A stretch of DNA of 61,865 bases, the filler included, from Catajapyx aquilonaris (lineage: Eukaryota): NCBI GenBank assembly GCA_000934665.2. It is 3 parts of 3 records of this genome, joined end to end, with 100 filler letters (N's around TTAATTAATTAA, not from the genome) between each part and the next. Parts side by side here need not be neighbours in the genome. Positions count along the whole stretch, not along the records: positions 17,209 to 35,833 come from JYFJ02007031.1; positions 35,934 to 61,865 come from JYFJ02007032.1; 1 more part is not named here. One strand, given 5' to 3'. The notes below the pieces were generated by a model. The model did no database searches, had not been told where the DNA came from, and worked only from the letters and a program-made list of their open reading frames with translations. Shown here piece by piece: positions 24,600 through 38,622 of the stretch. How positions within the stretch are numbered: the first letter of the stretch is position 1; each line of letters begins with the position of its first letter. The position numbers were made by a program, and so were the translations under genes.

Positions 24600-25520
24600 A
24601 GTAATCAAGCTCAACTGTTCCAGGTCCAGACAAACTTCGTTTATAACTCACTCTCTGATGTAATAATTATTATGTATGGTCCAGCAAGAAATAAAGTTTT
24701 TAACTCAATGTTTTTCACTCCCTCATGAACACAAGTTAATAATATTAACCAATAAAAAGAAGGGCTGATCCAGAAAACTATATACCGACCACTATTTCTA
24801 GCAAATAACTTGCGGAAATTTTTGACAAATGTGTGAACCTTGAGGCTGACGAATTCGATAAAAACCGATGTTTACTCAAAAAAACTGAATTTTACTAAAA
24901 GCAAGATTCACAAAAATGATCACATACTGTATTTATTCTTCATGTGACCAAGAATAAAAACACATAGGCTACTCAGCTTTTAGTAGTGCTTTATCAAACG
25001 TGTTTGATTCAGTGGATTACAATAATGATATGAAACACACTGGTGACGTCTATTAAAATGATCCACATAATCCACTCTACTTACACCCAATTTGGAATTA
25101 TACAAATTGAGGGAAAGAATTTCCATATTCCCTGACTGTCCACTCAGGCATTTAAAGAGGATCTTAGAGGCTGTTAGACCCCATTCTTTTTAACTATTTC
25201 CTAGCAGACATACCATATGTTGTAGGTGAAAAAGACCCATATCAACATATCGGCGAGAGCATGAACTCCGTGGTGAGTACCGGTACCTCCAAAATCAATC
25301 ACAATATTATACATTCTTATAGGTCTAGCTGATAATGCCTAGAACTAATAAAACTCATAAAATATTCTTAAAACGTTACTAAACAGACATAAATGCAGAC
25401 AAAACTAATTCAAAAAAATGTGGATATAAAAACAATAAATTCCCATGAAAAATTCAACTGCAACGACAATCCCCCTACATTAGATAACCGTCTAAATATT
25501 TTGGCACAATGTTTTTAAAT
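24600..25520 (+). pseudogene. Highly decayed non-LTR retrotransposon (LINE) reverse transcriptase remnant
   Basis: Collinear RT motifs broken by stops and frameshifts: PGPD (~24620), DPENY/YRPLFLAN (~24766-24810), LSNVFDSVD (~24990-25017), LDPILFNYFLADIP (~25174-25215), INADKT (~25389), KYFG (~25494). Confidence 0.75.
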
Positions 25521-26566
25521 CAAACGACAATTATTTTGAAACAGAAGAGAGGGAAGGTATCCTATATGGTAGAAATCGATGACAGACACTATAGTGTACA
25601 ATAACAAACAATCACGAATCAAGCAATTGATTCTACAGCTTCCATGCAATACTTATAAAAGATATTGCACAATAGTTTGAATGATGACAAATATGATTTC
25701 ATCGAGGCTATCAAAGTTATTCCCAAAGCCAGTTATTCTTATAACGATCTTAAGCTTTAGTTCATTTCGTATGCATTTGCCCGCCGAAACTCACGCAACA
25801 TTTTTATGCCCCTGGAATATGAAACTGTCACTTCTTGACTACGTCAATCGCAGTTCAAATTTTAAAAGGTTCTCAAAATATTCTGCCCATCTTTGTCCTT
25901 ATCATAAGTCAAACTGCATCCAGTGGGAAGTATAGCCAAAATCTATCTGGCTGTTAAAACTACTCAAACCCACACATTGTAGTGTGGAAATGGCAGTGTA
26001 GTGTATTTCAACTGAATTTCCGATACTAGAATTTTTGTTATAAAAATATCAGGTCCGTCTATTAAGTTAAATGTGACATCTTTTAAACAACTACAGGTGG
26101 TTTTTAGTTCGCAAAAAAATCAGCCATTGACCTCAGATGCCAGTGCGGTGGTTCCAAATGAGCTATTCTCATACAACTATTTATCATAATCTCAAAAATT
26201 CATTGCAGTTTAGGGCTGAAGGGATGTCTTCCACTCAACCTAAGATAATGGGCAAACACATTTCATAGCACCTAATATACAAGAACATAACTGTGCTTAA
26301 GTAACTCCTTAGTTATAGCCGCTTAATTATTATAAATCCCTAATGGTTCTGGACAATAATATTATTATTAGAATACACTGTAAGGAAATAATACAGTGGC
26401 ATATTAAGAGAATTACTATTGGCAGGATCTGAAATACTTCAAATGTTCTATATTTTTACCAGGTGAGATGAGCAAGAATATATTAAATGCTAAATGATGT
26501 GATTAATTATAGTCAGGAGTAACTGGATGCCAAACTACTCCAAGGCTATGCAGAGGATTCTTAATT

Positions 26567-26630
26567 TTACCTCAGTAGTGCATGTCATACCTCAGTAGTG
26601 CATGTCATACCTCAGTAGTGCATGTCATAC
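26567..26630. repeat. 20-bp tandem repeat x3 overlapping the CAP-H stop codon
   Basis: tacctcagtagtgcatgtca repeated three times perfectly. Confidence 0.95.
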
Positions 26631-29600
26631 GTCATCATCTTGACACACAAATATATCTGACAGGTCATCTTGAGATAGTATAAGAGTTTTCTCATTCACC
26701 AAATGAAGCAGGGCAACCAAAGAAAGTGAACTTGTGACTTTTTCTGCCTCATTTTTAGAAAGATGGTGAGGAATCTGTGCACAAATGTCTGCAAATTGGT
26801 GTTGACTTCTCATTATTCTCTTCTGATAACCCTCACATGGCTCAGACATGATCTTCCACATGGCATTCTTAAGATGTTTCATATTTACATTCTTACATCG
26901 AATATTATTAATGCCAAAAATATTATCAGGATTTCGCATGAAATGGCCAGGTTGAGGTAGGCAAACCAAGCTTTCCATCAGGTCTTGCTCTTTCATGCCG
27001 TCCTTAATGATGTCCTCTGGTTGGCGCATAAAGGTATCACCACTCCCCTCTGGAAACTAATGCACAGGTTATGTTTTCCGACTGGTCCAACTGGTACTCT
27101 ACCTCAAGTCAAGTCATTTTTAAGAACTTTTCTTATAACAGTGCAATTGACATTTGTATTGGTAAGAATTTTGTCGGCACACATTTCAAATCGCTTCTGT
27201 CACTTTCAAGTGTAGCATTGAGTTAAACACACTGTTGGATAGTCCATATAGAGTATTTTGTTTTTCAAACAGTATGATTTGACGCCAAACTACAAAATGA
27301 TTTTATATGTGCGAGCATTTGTGAGCACTCTGTATGGGAAAATATTTGAGGGACAGTACCGGTGGTGTTCCTGGCACACAGTCTGCATGGTGTGAACTAT
27401 TATGGTTGACGTCCTTTTTCGAGTTCAGCTTCGTCTCATGGAGTGGTAAGTTGGGGAGTAGAAATAGACGCTTCAGACTGCCAGAAATTGCTTCACTCCG
27501 GAATCCCAGGATAATTTCACCAGATTTCCAGTTGTACATCTTTTGATCTGATAGTGTGGTAAGGCTACACCTCTGTTTCTTCTTTGCAGTAGCTTCTTTC
27601 AGGACACCTATTACTTGGGCATTTACATCATTAAATGAAAGATGAAATGGCGGCTTGGAACTCTTCTTTTTGGCTACCTGGATGACAACTGCAAAGTGTA
27701 ATAAAAATCATTGTAGATATATTTGAAAAATACTGCATCCAGTCACAATGTGGTCGCAACCATGTCGTAACTTATGCAACATTATTAATGTCCAGATTTT
27801 TTTTAACTCTGTGTGGCACCTCCACGTATAAAATACTACATATAAAGACGGCTATACTAATAAAGTAATGGGGCATGTTCAACACAAAATCGTCATACGA
27901 TTGCAGTATGCCTGCATTTTTAAATAAGAAACATTTATCACAAGCTTGAAAGTGTTCCTGAGTTGAGGAGTACCGGTAGCATAGAGCCTATATGAGTGTC
28001 ATTTACTACCCGGTGCAGAGTCATTACTGACATCATCAACATGTGCTTCCGTATGGGTTATTTCAGCAACTTACTTCTTTTTTTGAATGGAGGTTTCCAA
28101 TGCTTGAATCCAAAGGCAGGGGTAGAGTAAATTTCAAATGTGTTGTGAAATTGGTCATCATTAGGTGTTACGTCCAAAAGGTCCTCCGGACGTGCAATAG
28201 GTGAAAAAAACTCATTCGGAACACCTGCAGGTGTGTCTGGATGATGGTCCTCTTCAGAAGATATGTAGTCGTAAGGCGCACACTGGCCAGGGATTTCCGC
28301 AACTGCATCATTTACAGGTTCCGGAACATCCTTAGGGTCAAACAGGAGGGTGCGCCTGTGGCTTAGACGATGCAATGCTATGCTGTCGTAAAATACAAAT
28401 TCCGACAGTTTTGATATTGGTGTGCCATCAACATCTGCCAAAGAGAACAGGCCAAATTACAAAAAAGACGAAATGTAAGTATAGTGAAGAACAGCCTTAC
28501 ACTATTACTCTGCTCTTGATTGACTAATGTTAATGACCTCGTAACAAGCAACAACTATTCAGGGTCATCAAACTCAATGCACCCAGTTCCATGACGGTCT
28601 TGTCAACAATCAACCAATCGATTTTGATCTCATTTTGCCCTCATGTGACCTCAGAGGTCAAATATAATTTCTCCCATGACCTTCCTCGTCAAAAAATACC
28701 ATTAGTGAATCCCCATTGNTATTCTCCTGAAACCTCCGTGGGACGCACTTCTCCAGTGACAATGAGGTGATAAATGCAATGTATGAGTGGTTGGGTGGGG
28801 TAGAGGAAGATTTTTTTTTTTTACACGGAATACAGAGGTTGGAGCACCGGTGGTACAAATGCATCCTGGTTCAAGGTGACTACGTCGAAAAGTCTTAATA
28901 AAATTTTGACCATCAAACATGTCTTTCAACATCAGGCTCAGAACTTATTGGACGACCCTCGTATATATATATATATATATATATATACATCGAGAACAAA
29001 CAGACATACATGCACAACATGAGATTATACGAACCTGGTAGTAATAATTCCTTCAGAAATTCCTGGGAAAGTACAGTAGCATCATCGTTCAGTGGTGTTT
29101 CGTGATACAACAACAACTGCATGCTCTCGTCGTAGTCAAGCATTCTCAATAAATAATCGCCATTATCAGTACAAAATTGAAAAATTCTCTCAATCATGCA
29201 ATAAGTAGGATTCATCACTATCGAGTACAAAGAATCCAGGTTAATTTTTTGGAGATCTGTTTCCACCGTTTTCTTCCTTCCACATCTTCTACGAGGAGCA
29301 GTGTCTTGAGCAGCGCACTTGTTATGAGCTTCTACAATACGTCCAAAGATGAATCCCAGCTTGAAGGCGTCATCATGTACACGATCAACACGACAAGAGT
29401 ATATCTTGTCCATCGTACTCACTGCGAAACTGGCAATCTGAAACTATGCAAATATATTATCAAACAATCATGATGACATATTGAAGAGTTAATCGTACTG
29501 TCAAATTACCTAATATTGCCTGCTGATAAAGTTACGAATTTTCGAAATGAACATAAAATGTGGTCCAAGATGCTCTTCCCAGCACACTGTACAGAGAATC

Positions 29601-30655
29601 CAATGTAACCAATGAGAATTAGTCCATATACATTTCAGATGGATGAACCTAGGTTTGGACTTATGCAAATAATAATAATAGCACAAAATGAATTTTGCAA
29701 GAAAATAGTGGTCCATATACAAACGACGTAAGTCATGCTTTGCGAGATAACATGCATGCCATGGACTGATCTCGTAACACATGGATGTTACATAATTATA
29801 TATACCAGATGAATTTCTTCAGCAAGCTTAATGTTACGGAAACTGAGCTATTTCTCTAATAAATACATCCGTGGTTAATGTCATATGTTGCAGTCATATG
29901 TCGGCTCTTTATAGCCCTGACTCACCTGAAAATCATTCAACTTATCGCCTTCTTTTATCATCCTGTATGCATAGTCGATCAAATGCAAGCTGAAGGCATT
30001 TTCTCTATTTATTTTCTAGAATATAACCGTAGGTTAGAATCTCCTCATATTTGTGCACTACTTAAAAATTCAACGCCCGTCAACGCGAATGACTCCGTAC
30101 GTTTTTTAAAACCACTAAAGTTATAGTTATTACCAACATTTTACAACCTCAAGGGCTTACTAAGTGGACGGATCAAGATTTACAGCGTCTAATCAGTATG
30201 TCAATACATTATGAATATGTCGCAATAAATAATTTGACATCCACAACTGACATTTACATGAACACGCTCATTGTGACATCATGTTTGGAAAAATAGAATA
30301 ATTTTTCGGAAGGAAGGAAAGGTTTGCGCGACAAGCGATGAGTTGACGAGCGTTGAAAATAATGATACCATGGAAAGGTACTTACATTTTCTGCAGCCAG
30401 AGTCATGCACCGAGAAAAATGAGCTGTCATTTCCCCGATGGTAACACCAGAATAACTTGACAAGCGCACACTTCTGTCGGTCTTGACTGATGTCCTTCCT
30501 GGAGTAGGTGCTGGTGTTGTACGTACCGGCCTTGATGCTCCATTTGGCATTGAATGGGTGTCAGTCTCTAACATGTCGTCATCGCTTTTATGACTGAGCG
30601 TACGTCGTCTGGGTGGGACCTCTTGTTCTGTATCAAACTGGTCTGTCTCACCCAT
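26625..30655 (-). CDS. NCAPH: Condensin complex subunit 2 (kleisin CAP-H/Barren), divergent
   Basis: Exons 30655-30386 (HFSRCMTLAAEN), 30015-29926 (KINRENAFSLHLIDY), 29437-29035 (KIYSCRVDRVHDD), 28434-28075 (FKHWKP), 27688 to about 27360 (donor uncertain), 27049-26625 (VNMKHLKNAMW...LVALLHLVNEKTLIL..DDLSDIFV). These are the N- and C-terminal signatures of gamma-kleisin Cnd2/Barren. Confidence 0.88.
28728..28963 (+). mobile_element. 3' end of a mariner transposon in CAP-H intron 3
   Basis: LRGTHFSSDNEVINAMYEWL...GIQRLEHRWYKCILVQGDYVEKS*, TIR, then a (TA)n run; begins next to a single-N gap at 28719. Confidence 0.88.
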
Positions 30656-32089
30656 TTTTCACTGTCACTGAAATATGCACAGCCCACTAGTACATCCGTT
30701 CATGCACCAATAGTCACCAATCTGAAGCACTACCCACCTGACCATCCCAGGCCCAAGTTCGCAACTGATGAAGGGATGAATATAACGCAACCATTTTTTT
30801 TTACACTTCCACAGCTGACTAAGACTCAGCGGTATCTGAAAAGTGCCCTATTGAATTGTATGGATGGTATGGATCAAATGAAGCGGGAGGTTCAAAACGG
30901 TACCTGCTGTGCTCATATCAGGTGTTACGATTACTGACAAATTATTCGTCCAGGGGTAACATGTAGAGTGTAGGTCGCAAATGCAATTAAATTATTATTT
31001 ATATTACAAAAACGCCGCTTTAAAATTCACACTAAACAGCAGGACTGGAAGGACAGCAGGCCTACCTCTTTTATGACGTCTCATCATTCTGTCGAGTGCT
31101 CAATAATAATTGTCACTGTAAGAAAATTAATATAATTGTCAGGACTGGTCCTGCTCTATTTTAGATTCCTGCGGTTCATTTCACTGCATGAATCTGCACG
31201 AAATTAACTGAATGCTGAAATGCATTTTTGATGTACTACACGTAGAAACATCGACTTTGTGAAAACTTCTGGGAAAGTTCGGGTCAAGGTCTTAGAGTGT
31301 CCAGATTTTTCCGGCTTTAGGTTGAAGAAGCTGAGCGTAATAACTTAAATTATTAGCGTCTTAAATGATGTAAAATAATGATGATTCTTTACAGGTAGCA
31401 TTTTCTCATCAACAGTGTGGTAATCGTTTGAGAGTGTTGTGATGACTGCACAGTATAGCATTACATGATTACAAGGCCGGCGGGTAGGATACGGATACCC
31501 CTTGCTCATCAAAATAATCTCAACGAATTTCCCTTTAAAATGCTTTCAGTGTGGCATACATTTATTTTACTAACGTGTGATAGCCCTACTATAATAATGT
31601 GTATATAGGCTGCAGTCATATGCAAAGTGGCTTTTCTCCTAACGGAATTTATACGTATTATAGTTTTAAAATACGTGACTGCCATATTTCAAAGGTGCAG
31701 TAACATGTTAAAGTTATGGATAACTATCACAGAAATATTAGGGCAGGTAATTTGAATTTCTTCACCATCCATTGAGGCTAATAATGAACCTCAATATTCC
31801 CAGTTTTACAAGGTATGGATTTAAGACATACGATATTAGTTATTATTGCTGTAATATTGATTTTTGTTGATTATTAGCTAATTTCAGCCCTTTTGTTTTT
31901 TGGAAAGTTCTGTAAGGGGTAGGAAACAGTCTGAATGTATAGGAAGAGTTTGTATACATGATATATTGAATGCGTTGCTAAACTTAATGCTGCGGCAGTG
32001 TTTGGGACTTCTGGGCTCTTTGCTAAGTCCGGGTTGCCAGGGGTAGGGGCATGGTTTGTTAACAGTTAGTTCTGACTGTGAGGCGAAGA

Positions 32090-33840
32090 GAGGCTGGCTG
32101 GTTCCATTTAAATTCAGACAGAGGGTGTCCAGGCATGGTCTTCGATTTTTTTGAAAAAAAGTATATGTGAGTATACATCCAATAGAACTTTTATGGAGCA
32201 ATCAGTTTTACGAGATTAAATTTAGTTATCGAGATATTAATATTTCTTTTAAGGGGTACCAAAATAACATTCACGGGAAGATGCACTTTTTGTCTTTTTC
32301 CATTGCTTTCAATGAGTATAGTTCCGGAACCGTTCTGAAAACCAATATGAAATTTTCAACTCATGCTTTAGGAATAATGCTCTGTTATGTCATGCATACA
32401 TTTACATCTCCAATCTTGCATATTTTTGTCAAAATGCGCATATTTCGAAATTTAATACGCCTCTTTTTTCTCATATGACCATACTTTGACCAGGTGTATC
32501 TCTTCTTTGAATGCAGATATTAATGATATTATTTTGTCCCTACAACATGCACTTTTACTACGTTGTACGTAATAGGTTTCATATGTATAACCATAATAAT
32601 AACTCCATAATATATTGCGTAATAAGTGAATGTCCAGCAAAACAAGCACTTTTGGCGATTGTTTTGAAGATGACTGTACCAGTAAATTACGGCATTGTGT
32701 ATACCGAATTTTGATATAATTTTATAATAGAACTCATGCTACTTTGTTATACAAAAAATAACGATTAAATATTTAAAATGGCTTCTTCGAGAACATATTT
32801 ATTTGACGTGGGCTATATTGTAGCACAATGACGAAAGTTGTCATCTGGGGAAAAAATGTATCTCCCGTACAAAAAATATGCCCCGGGTTTGGACACGACT
32901 TTTTTTATAATCTGTCTGTCCGCGTAAAATAAAAAAAGCGTTTTGAGAAAATATTTTTTGAAATATGCATGTTTTCGCTTGTTGCCATATTTTCGCCTCG
33001 CACATCTCAACTACACGGAGAGCTAACAATGGTTTTATCTACTATCCTTTAGGGGGTCACCGAGTATATGACAAAACATAATCGGCACTACCGTCACGTT
33101 TACCATAGCGGTGTATTAAATTGCGAAATATGCGGATTTTGACCAAAATATGCCATATTTGAGATAAGGCGTGATAAGGCTTAGCCTTTTTAGGGGGGTG
33201 GAATACCACCATTACTCTCCAATTTTTCCTTTAACTTCATCACCGCTGCAAGGAGTCAAGGATGTAGGGTAGGGATAGGGATTTTTGGGGAGGGAACGTT
33301 GGTGCAAGTGCGAGGTCGGTAAAGGGGTCATGTGCTGTCCCCCAGGAAGTTAGGTTGCCAGACACCTCCTTGATGTAGGTCAACGACCCTCCTGACTCAG
33401 GTGAAAGGAAAGTTCCCCAGGAGGGGATCGAACCTGGGATCTTTCACTCAGCAAGCCGTGACGTTACCATCTCGGCCATCTACACCTCCCCGCTCATATT
33501 TGAGATTTTTTGAAGGTGACTGTACCATTAAAAGGTAAATGTATGCATGACATAACAGAGCATTATTCCAAAAGCATGAGTTTAAACTTTCATATTGGTC
33601 TTCAGAACGCTTCCGGAAATATACTCATTGAAAGCAATGGAAAAAGTGCACCTTCCCGTGAATGTTATTTTGGTACCCCTTAAAAGAAATATTAATATCT
33701 CGATAAATAAATTTAATCTCGTAAAACTGATTGCTCCATAAAAGTTCTATTGGATGTAGGTTTCACATATATTTTTTTCAAAAAAATCGAAGACCATGAC
33801 TGGACACCCTCTGTCTGAATTGAAAATGGAACCAGCCGGC
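32090..33840. mobile_element. Long-TIR non-autonomous DNA element (arms ~320 bp) with nested SINE
   Basis: About 32090-32405 is the reverse complement of about 33533-33840; Tc1-like cagagggtgtcc near the outer ends. Confidence 0.8.
33190..33491 (-). mobile_element. tRNA-derived SINE, family C
   Basis: B box complement gggatcgaacc; body homologous to 35510-35770. Confidence 0.8.
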
Positions 33841-34308
33841 TATTTTGGAACTAGGCAGCAAAAGAGTTGTTAATCTTAGGAGAGATTGACCAATAGGTGA
33901 GCTCAGCAGCAGTGATGACATCCGCTGTTTCCACCGATGATTTTTAGCAACGTACTCAGCGAGTCCGTTGATAAACTCATGGGTTGCCTTAGCAGAGATA
34001 AACAAGTCGGTTGCCAGGCGTAGGGCCAGTGATTGTTGTTAGCTTTGACAAACTACTGTGTGGGTCGTTCATTTGGAGAAGTGAAGCTAAAGATCAAAAG
34101 CGTTGTCATTTTCAGTAAGTATTGGCCAATAGGTGAGCTCATTGGTCATGACAGTCACTGATTCGGACGCTGAGTTTAGCAACGTACTCAGTAATTACAT
34201 TGCTGAACTCAGCGGCGCGGCGTACAGACGTACAGTGCGGGGGAAATTAATGGAGAAGCACAAGCAGGCGGAGCGTTTCCTCTATACATGAACCTGCTTC
34301 ATGTAGAG

Positions 34309-34350
34309 CAGTGGTTCCCAACCTGTGGGCCGCGACCTCTTGGGGGTCTC
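34309..34350 (+). mobile_element. hAT (Charlie-like) MITE terminus
   Basis: cagtggttcccaacctgtgggccgcgacc preceded by a tagag target-like context; partner end not found. Confidence 0.5.
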
Positions 34351-34397
34351 TCGGTGCCACTGTAATTTTTACGCGTACTTGCAAAAATTGTGTAGGA

Positions 34398-35032
34398 AAG
34401 GACCTGTTCAAGGTTACCCTGAGTAGCCCCGCTACCTAAACGGCAACCATCTTGCACATCTTGTAGTGTATAATTTATGCACCGAGGTTTACGCTAAAGG
34501 CCGCTGTGTTCGCCACTGACTGTATCTTTGATGTGGTAGGGGTTGCTACCTATAGCGGCCTTGGTAGGATTCAAAACATGTTGTCACGTGGTGAACTGTT
34601 TTATTAGTTGATTTAGAGTCAGGAAAACTCGTGTGGTTTTTACCCCGTAAAAATGTTGTAAGAATATTCGTGTGAGACAAATGCCGCCTCAGGGAACTAA
34701 TATGCGAAATGCAAGCCCCATCGAGATATCACGCGTTTGCCCAATCGCGTTCTCCTCTCTCTCTCCCCTAACAGAAAGACAGGAGCGAGGGGCGGACTCA
34801 AGATGGCGTTCGTTGGCAAAGCAAGGGCGAACTCTTTCTCCAAACAGATGAAGGTCACCCTTTAGAAGCATTCTTCCATTGAATGACTTATATTAGAGTG
34901 GCTGGACAGCAACATTTTGATCCAACTCCCCTGCGTTGCCAAGTTTCAGTGATCTGCTCCAATCTAATGACACGAATCATTGAGCCATGGGGGTGGGCTT
35001 TCTTTGCCAGGATAACCTTGAACAGGTCCTTT
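34398..35032. mobile_element. TIR-bounded non-autonomous element
   Basis: aaggacctgttcaaggttaccctg vs caggataaccttgaacaggtcctt. Confidence 0.7.
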
Positions 35033-35089
35033 TACCACGAAGGTTTTTTTAAATGTTTTCATATTTTTTTAATTTTTTTATTTAGTTTA

Positions 35090-35770
35090 GGTTACCCCGT
35101 GATGACCCTTATGGGTGCTATAGGGGGGTGGCATATCACCATCAGTTTTCTGCATATATTTAAATTTACCCCGGGATGACCTGTTGGGCCTATAGGGGGT
35201 GGTGGATTACCACCATTGGTATATTTTTTTTGGAGCGTGTTAAGAATAATTATATTAGTATACTCCAAGGTAGTTAGGAGGGGATGTGCAAAGTGCATGT
35301 GCGCTGTCGTTAATTGGTCATTTTGTGAACTCCCCGGGTGGCTTAGTCTATCGGAAATTGCCACCCCAAATGAAGCCAGAGATGGCCCAACTCTGCACGG
35401 ATAAAGGTGGGAACCCCGGGTGGGGATTGAACCCGGGACCTTCATATCCGTGGGCGCACGCGTTACCGCGACGCCACTTCATCTCCCTCAGTTTTCTGTA
35501 TATATTTTCTGCTTCATTCTCCGGTGCAAGGAAACAGGGACAATGGGAAAGGATAGGGATTTTTGGGGAGGGAACATGGGTGCAAGGTGCAATGTCGTAG
35601 CTAATGGGTCATGTGCTGTTACCCAGGAGGTTAGGTACGTAGACACCTCCTTGGTGCAGGAGAGAGACCCTCCTGACGCAGGTGAAAGGAAAGTTCCCCA
35701 GGCGGGAATCGAACCTGGGGCCTTTCACTCAGCAAGCCGAGACGTTACCATCACGGCCACCACACCTCCC
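35090..35770 (-). mobile_element. Two adjacent tRNA-derived SINEs (about 35090-35488, and family C at about 35510-35770)
   Basis: Two B-box complements: gggattgaaccc (~35423) and ggaatcgaacc (~35705). Confidence 0.7.
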
Positions 35771-35833
35771 CAAATGTTTTCATATGTCTACACTTCAATT
35801 ATCTTCTACTAATATTCGGAGGGGGAGGAGGGG

Positions 35834-35933
35834 NNNNNNNNNNNNNNNNNNNNNNNNNNNNNNNNNNNNNNNNNNNNTTAATTAATTAANNNNNNNNNNN
35901 NNNNNNNNNNNNNNNNNNNNNNNNNNNNNNNNN
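35834..35933. other. Artificial assembly linker
   Basis: Same structure as 17109-17208. Confidence 0.95.
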
Positions 35934-38622
35934 AGCTGGCAGAGCGGCTCCCGGCAAATGCGCGCGGCCAAAATTCGGATGTTACTGTCGCTCATATCTC
36001 GGAAACGGCTGGACGTTGCGAGCTAACACTCACCACTGTGTCTATCGCACATGAATGACCCCTCACGCCAGTTTCAACCAAATCTGAGGTTCCCAACCCT
36101 GACCGTTCCCTTGTCAGTCATGCAGTATTCGTACAGTTCAAAAGAATGTAATATTACATACTGCATATTTTAATATTTTAAACTTTTTAACATTTGTCGG
36201 GTTGAATAATTTGAATATATAAATTTCCTCGAGGTGTAAATTGCTTTCATTAAAACTGGATGTTTTGCTCTGGTACCATACTTAAACTATGTTGAGTAGG
36301 CCTATTGAATATTTAAATAGTCCTCTATACTGCACACTACATGCATGTAATGGTGCGTACATTAAAACTACATATCAACATTGTCTCAAAAGTACAAAAA
36401 GGAACTGCTTAAAATTAAACAGCTTAGTACCTAAATTCGCTAATGCTAATGTAACGCACTGTACTATTTCAGGAAAAATATTAATTTTGTTTCCAATGTA
36501 CATTTTAGTGGTCCAATAATGACAAACCCAGAATTTGGAGCAACGATCCTCAATATTTTATTGTACTTACCTGTATAATTCTAATACTTGTTATTTTCAA
36601 AATTAAATCCCACTGTTTGCTGACCCAGTTAGTTGATCCTGCATTAGCCTGAATAAATAATCACAATAATTGATTTTTTCATGCGATTTGAAATACAATA
36701 CAATCATTCACATTAGACTGTGAGCTTGATTTGAAATTCTGATTCCTCAATTTTTTGGATTTTTCGAAAAAAAAATTAGCTGCTCCATTTTTTTTTTTGT
36801 TGGAAAAACTGAAATCAAAAAGCTGAACAATGCCTCATTTTCTGCATGATATTTTTATGATCTAGTTTGTATCTAATTTTCGTTCAGTACACTTATGCGT
36901 AATGACACAATTTCGGGCCTCATTAATTCTTCTGGGTTTTTAATTTCAGCTGTTATTTTTGTTCGATTATTTTTCCTCTCTGTTCAGTAATGACCTACTT
37001 CAAGCAACGTTATTGTTTGCTCGTTTATTGCGCAGAATTATTGCGCACTGAATATTATGTATACAGCAGCAAGCCTATACGATTTTTTTTTGAAAACGTT
37101 GACAAACACTGCTTAGAATTCTGAAAAATTGTAGCCCAAGTTGCCTTAGGCTCAACTTTCATCAGCGGTTGGAACTGAAACGGAAAATATTAAACTCGGT
37201 TGTACGCCTAATAAAACCTGTGGCGGATGCACATTATATTTTGCATATCGCCAGTGGCGGATATTCAATACTGTGTATACTAATTTGCAATTTAAAAAAT
37301 AGCCCACACTACATTACTACAGTAAAACGTACTACGCATACGATAGTTTCTATAGAAAGTTCAGGTTTAACGATTCATATGCCCTATATTTGTCATTAAA
37401 GTGGAATAAATTCAATCTAAATTTTTCCTCGCAAAATCTTCAACTTAATCTCCGTTCATATTTCTAATAGTATTTAACACAAGTTTTAGTGATAAATCGA
37501 GCAAATTTCGAGCTTTGTTATATGTCCTCTATAATCTTATTCAGTACGTGCCTTTGAGGGATCTATAGATCATTCAGAGATTTTGATCATTTTGACATCA
37601 TTTTGAATCGTACAAATTGCTTGAGGTAATGCGAATTATGCGCAAAATTTGTGCCTCGAAACACGCCACCTGTTGCCTGAACAGTACAATCTAAGTGCAG
37701 ATATCGACCCACTTCTTGGTCGGATTAAAGTGGAACGTATGATATACCCTGTCCCTGTACGTATTATGAGAGTGTAAATTTAATTTAAAAATAAAATATT
37801 CAAAAAATATATTTAAAAAAAATCATATTGCAACATTGTGCAGGATTTGTCCGAAACTTTATTTGACATTATGTGCATTAAGCGTTTTTCACAATTTTTT
37901 TTTCGCAAAATTGTCTTATTGGCTGGTTTTACTTTTCAGAAAATCCAATTATCATTCTCGATATTTTTTTTTCAGATGCATTGTTGTCTAGGTCGTGCCC
38001 CGCAGTGTTGGAATGGGTTTCTCATTGATCCTGTTTCCAATTTAGTGTGACTGGTAGGAGGTCTGCAGCTCCGCACTCAGCCAATTGAATCATTTCGCGA
38101 AATTAAAGCTTAAATGTAATTTTAAAAAATATGTTTTCAGAATAATTCGTGCACTCAAATTAATTGCCCTAAAATTTTATCTGAAAAAACATATCTGAAA
38201 ATTTAGCAAAATATTTTTACACAACTTGCATATTGCAAAAATTGGTCATATCTAAATTTGTAATTTTGGCCATTGCAAATTTAATCGTTATGGAATTTTG
38301 CAATATTCGAATTTACGTAACGTGACAAATGTGTTTCCGGCTCATCTAACCTAAAAAACCAATGTGGACCTTGACCACTACTTGTCTGTCGAAATCCATC
38401 GACACGCTCGAGGTTTCGCTCTATGGTAACATTTGCACCAAACAAAACCTGGGGGGGGGNNGGGGGGGGGGGGTTTCAGGTAAGTTGTAACCATGACGCA
38501 TCGAGCCATACTTTGCCCAAACACACATTCGCGAAATGCAAAAAAAAACTGCCAGTTCTGAGAGTGAAGTTTGCAAGTGATTGTTTCGCGTAGTACAAGT
38601 TGAGTTAAAACGACAAAAAAAT

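Noticed and set aside
27100..27232. Possible extra CAP-H exon
   Set aside because: All three minus-strand frames after the candidate acceptor hit early stops.
31690..32050. Possible small spliced gene divergent from CAP-H
   Set aside because: It would need an intron of about 30 bp and the peptide is unrecognisable; a non-coding transcript cannot be excluded.
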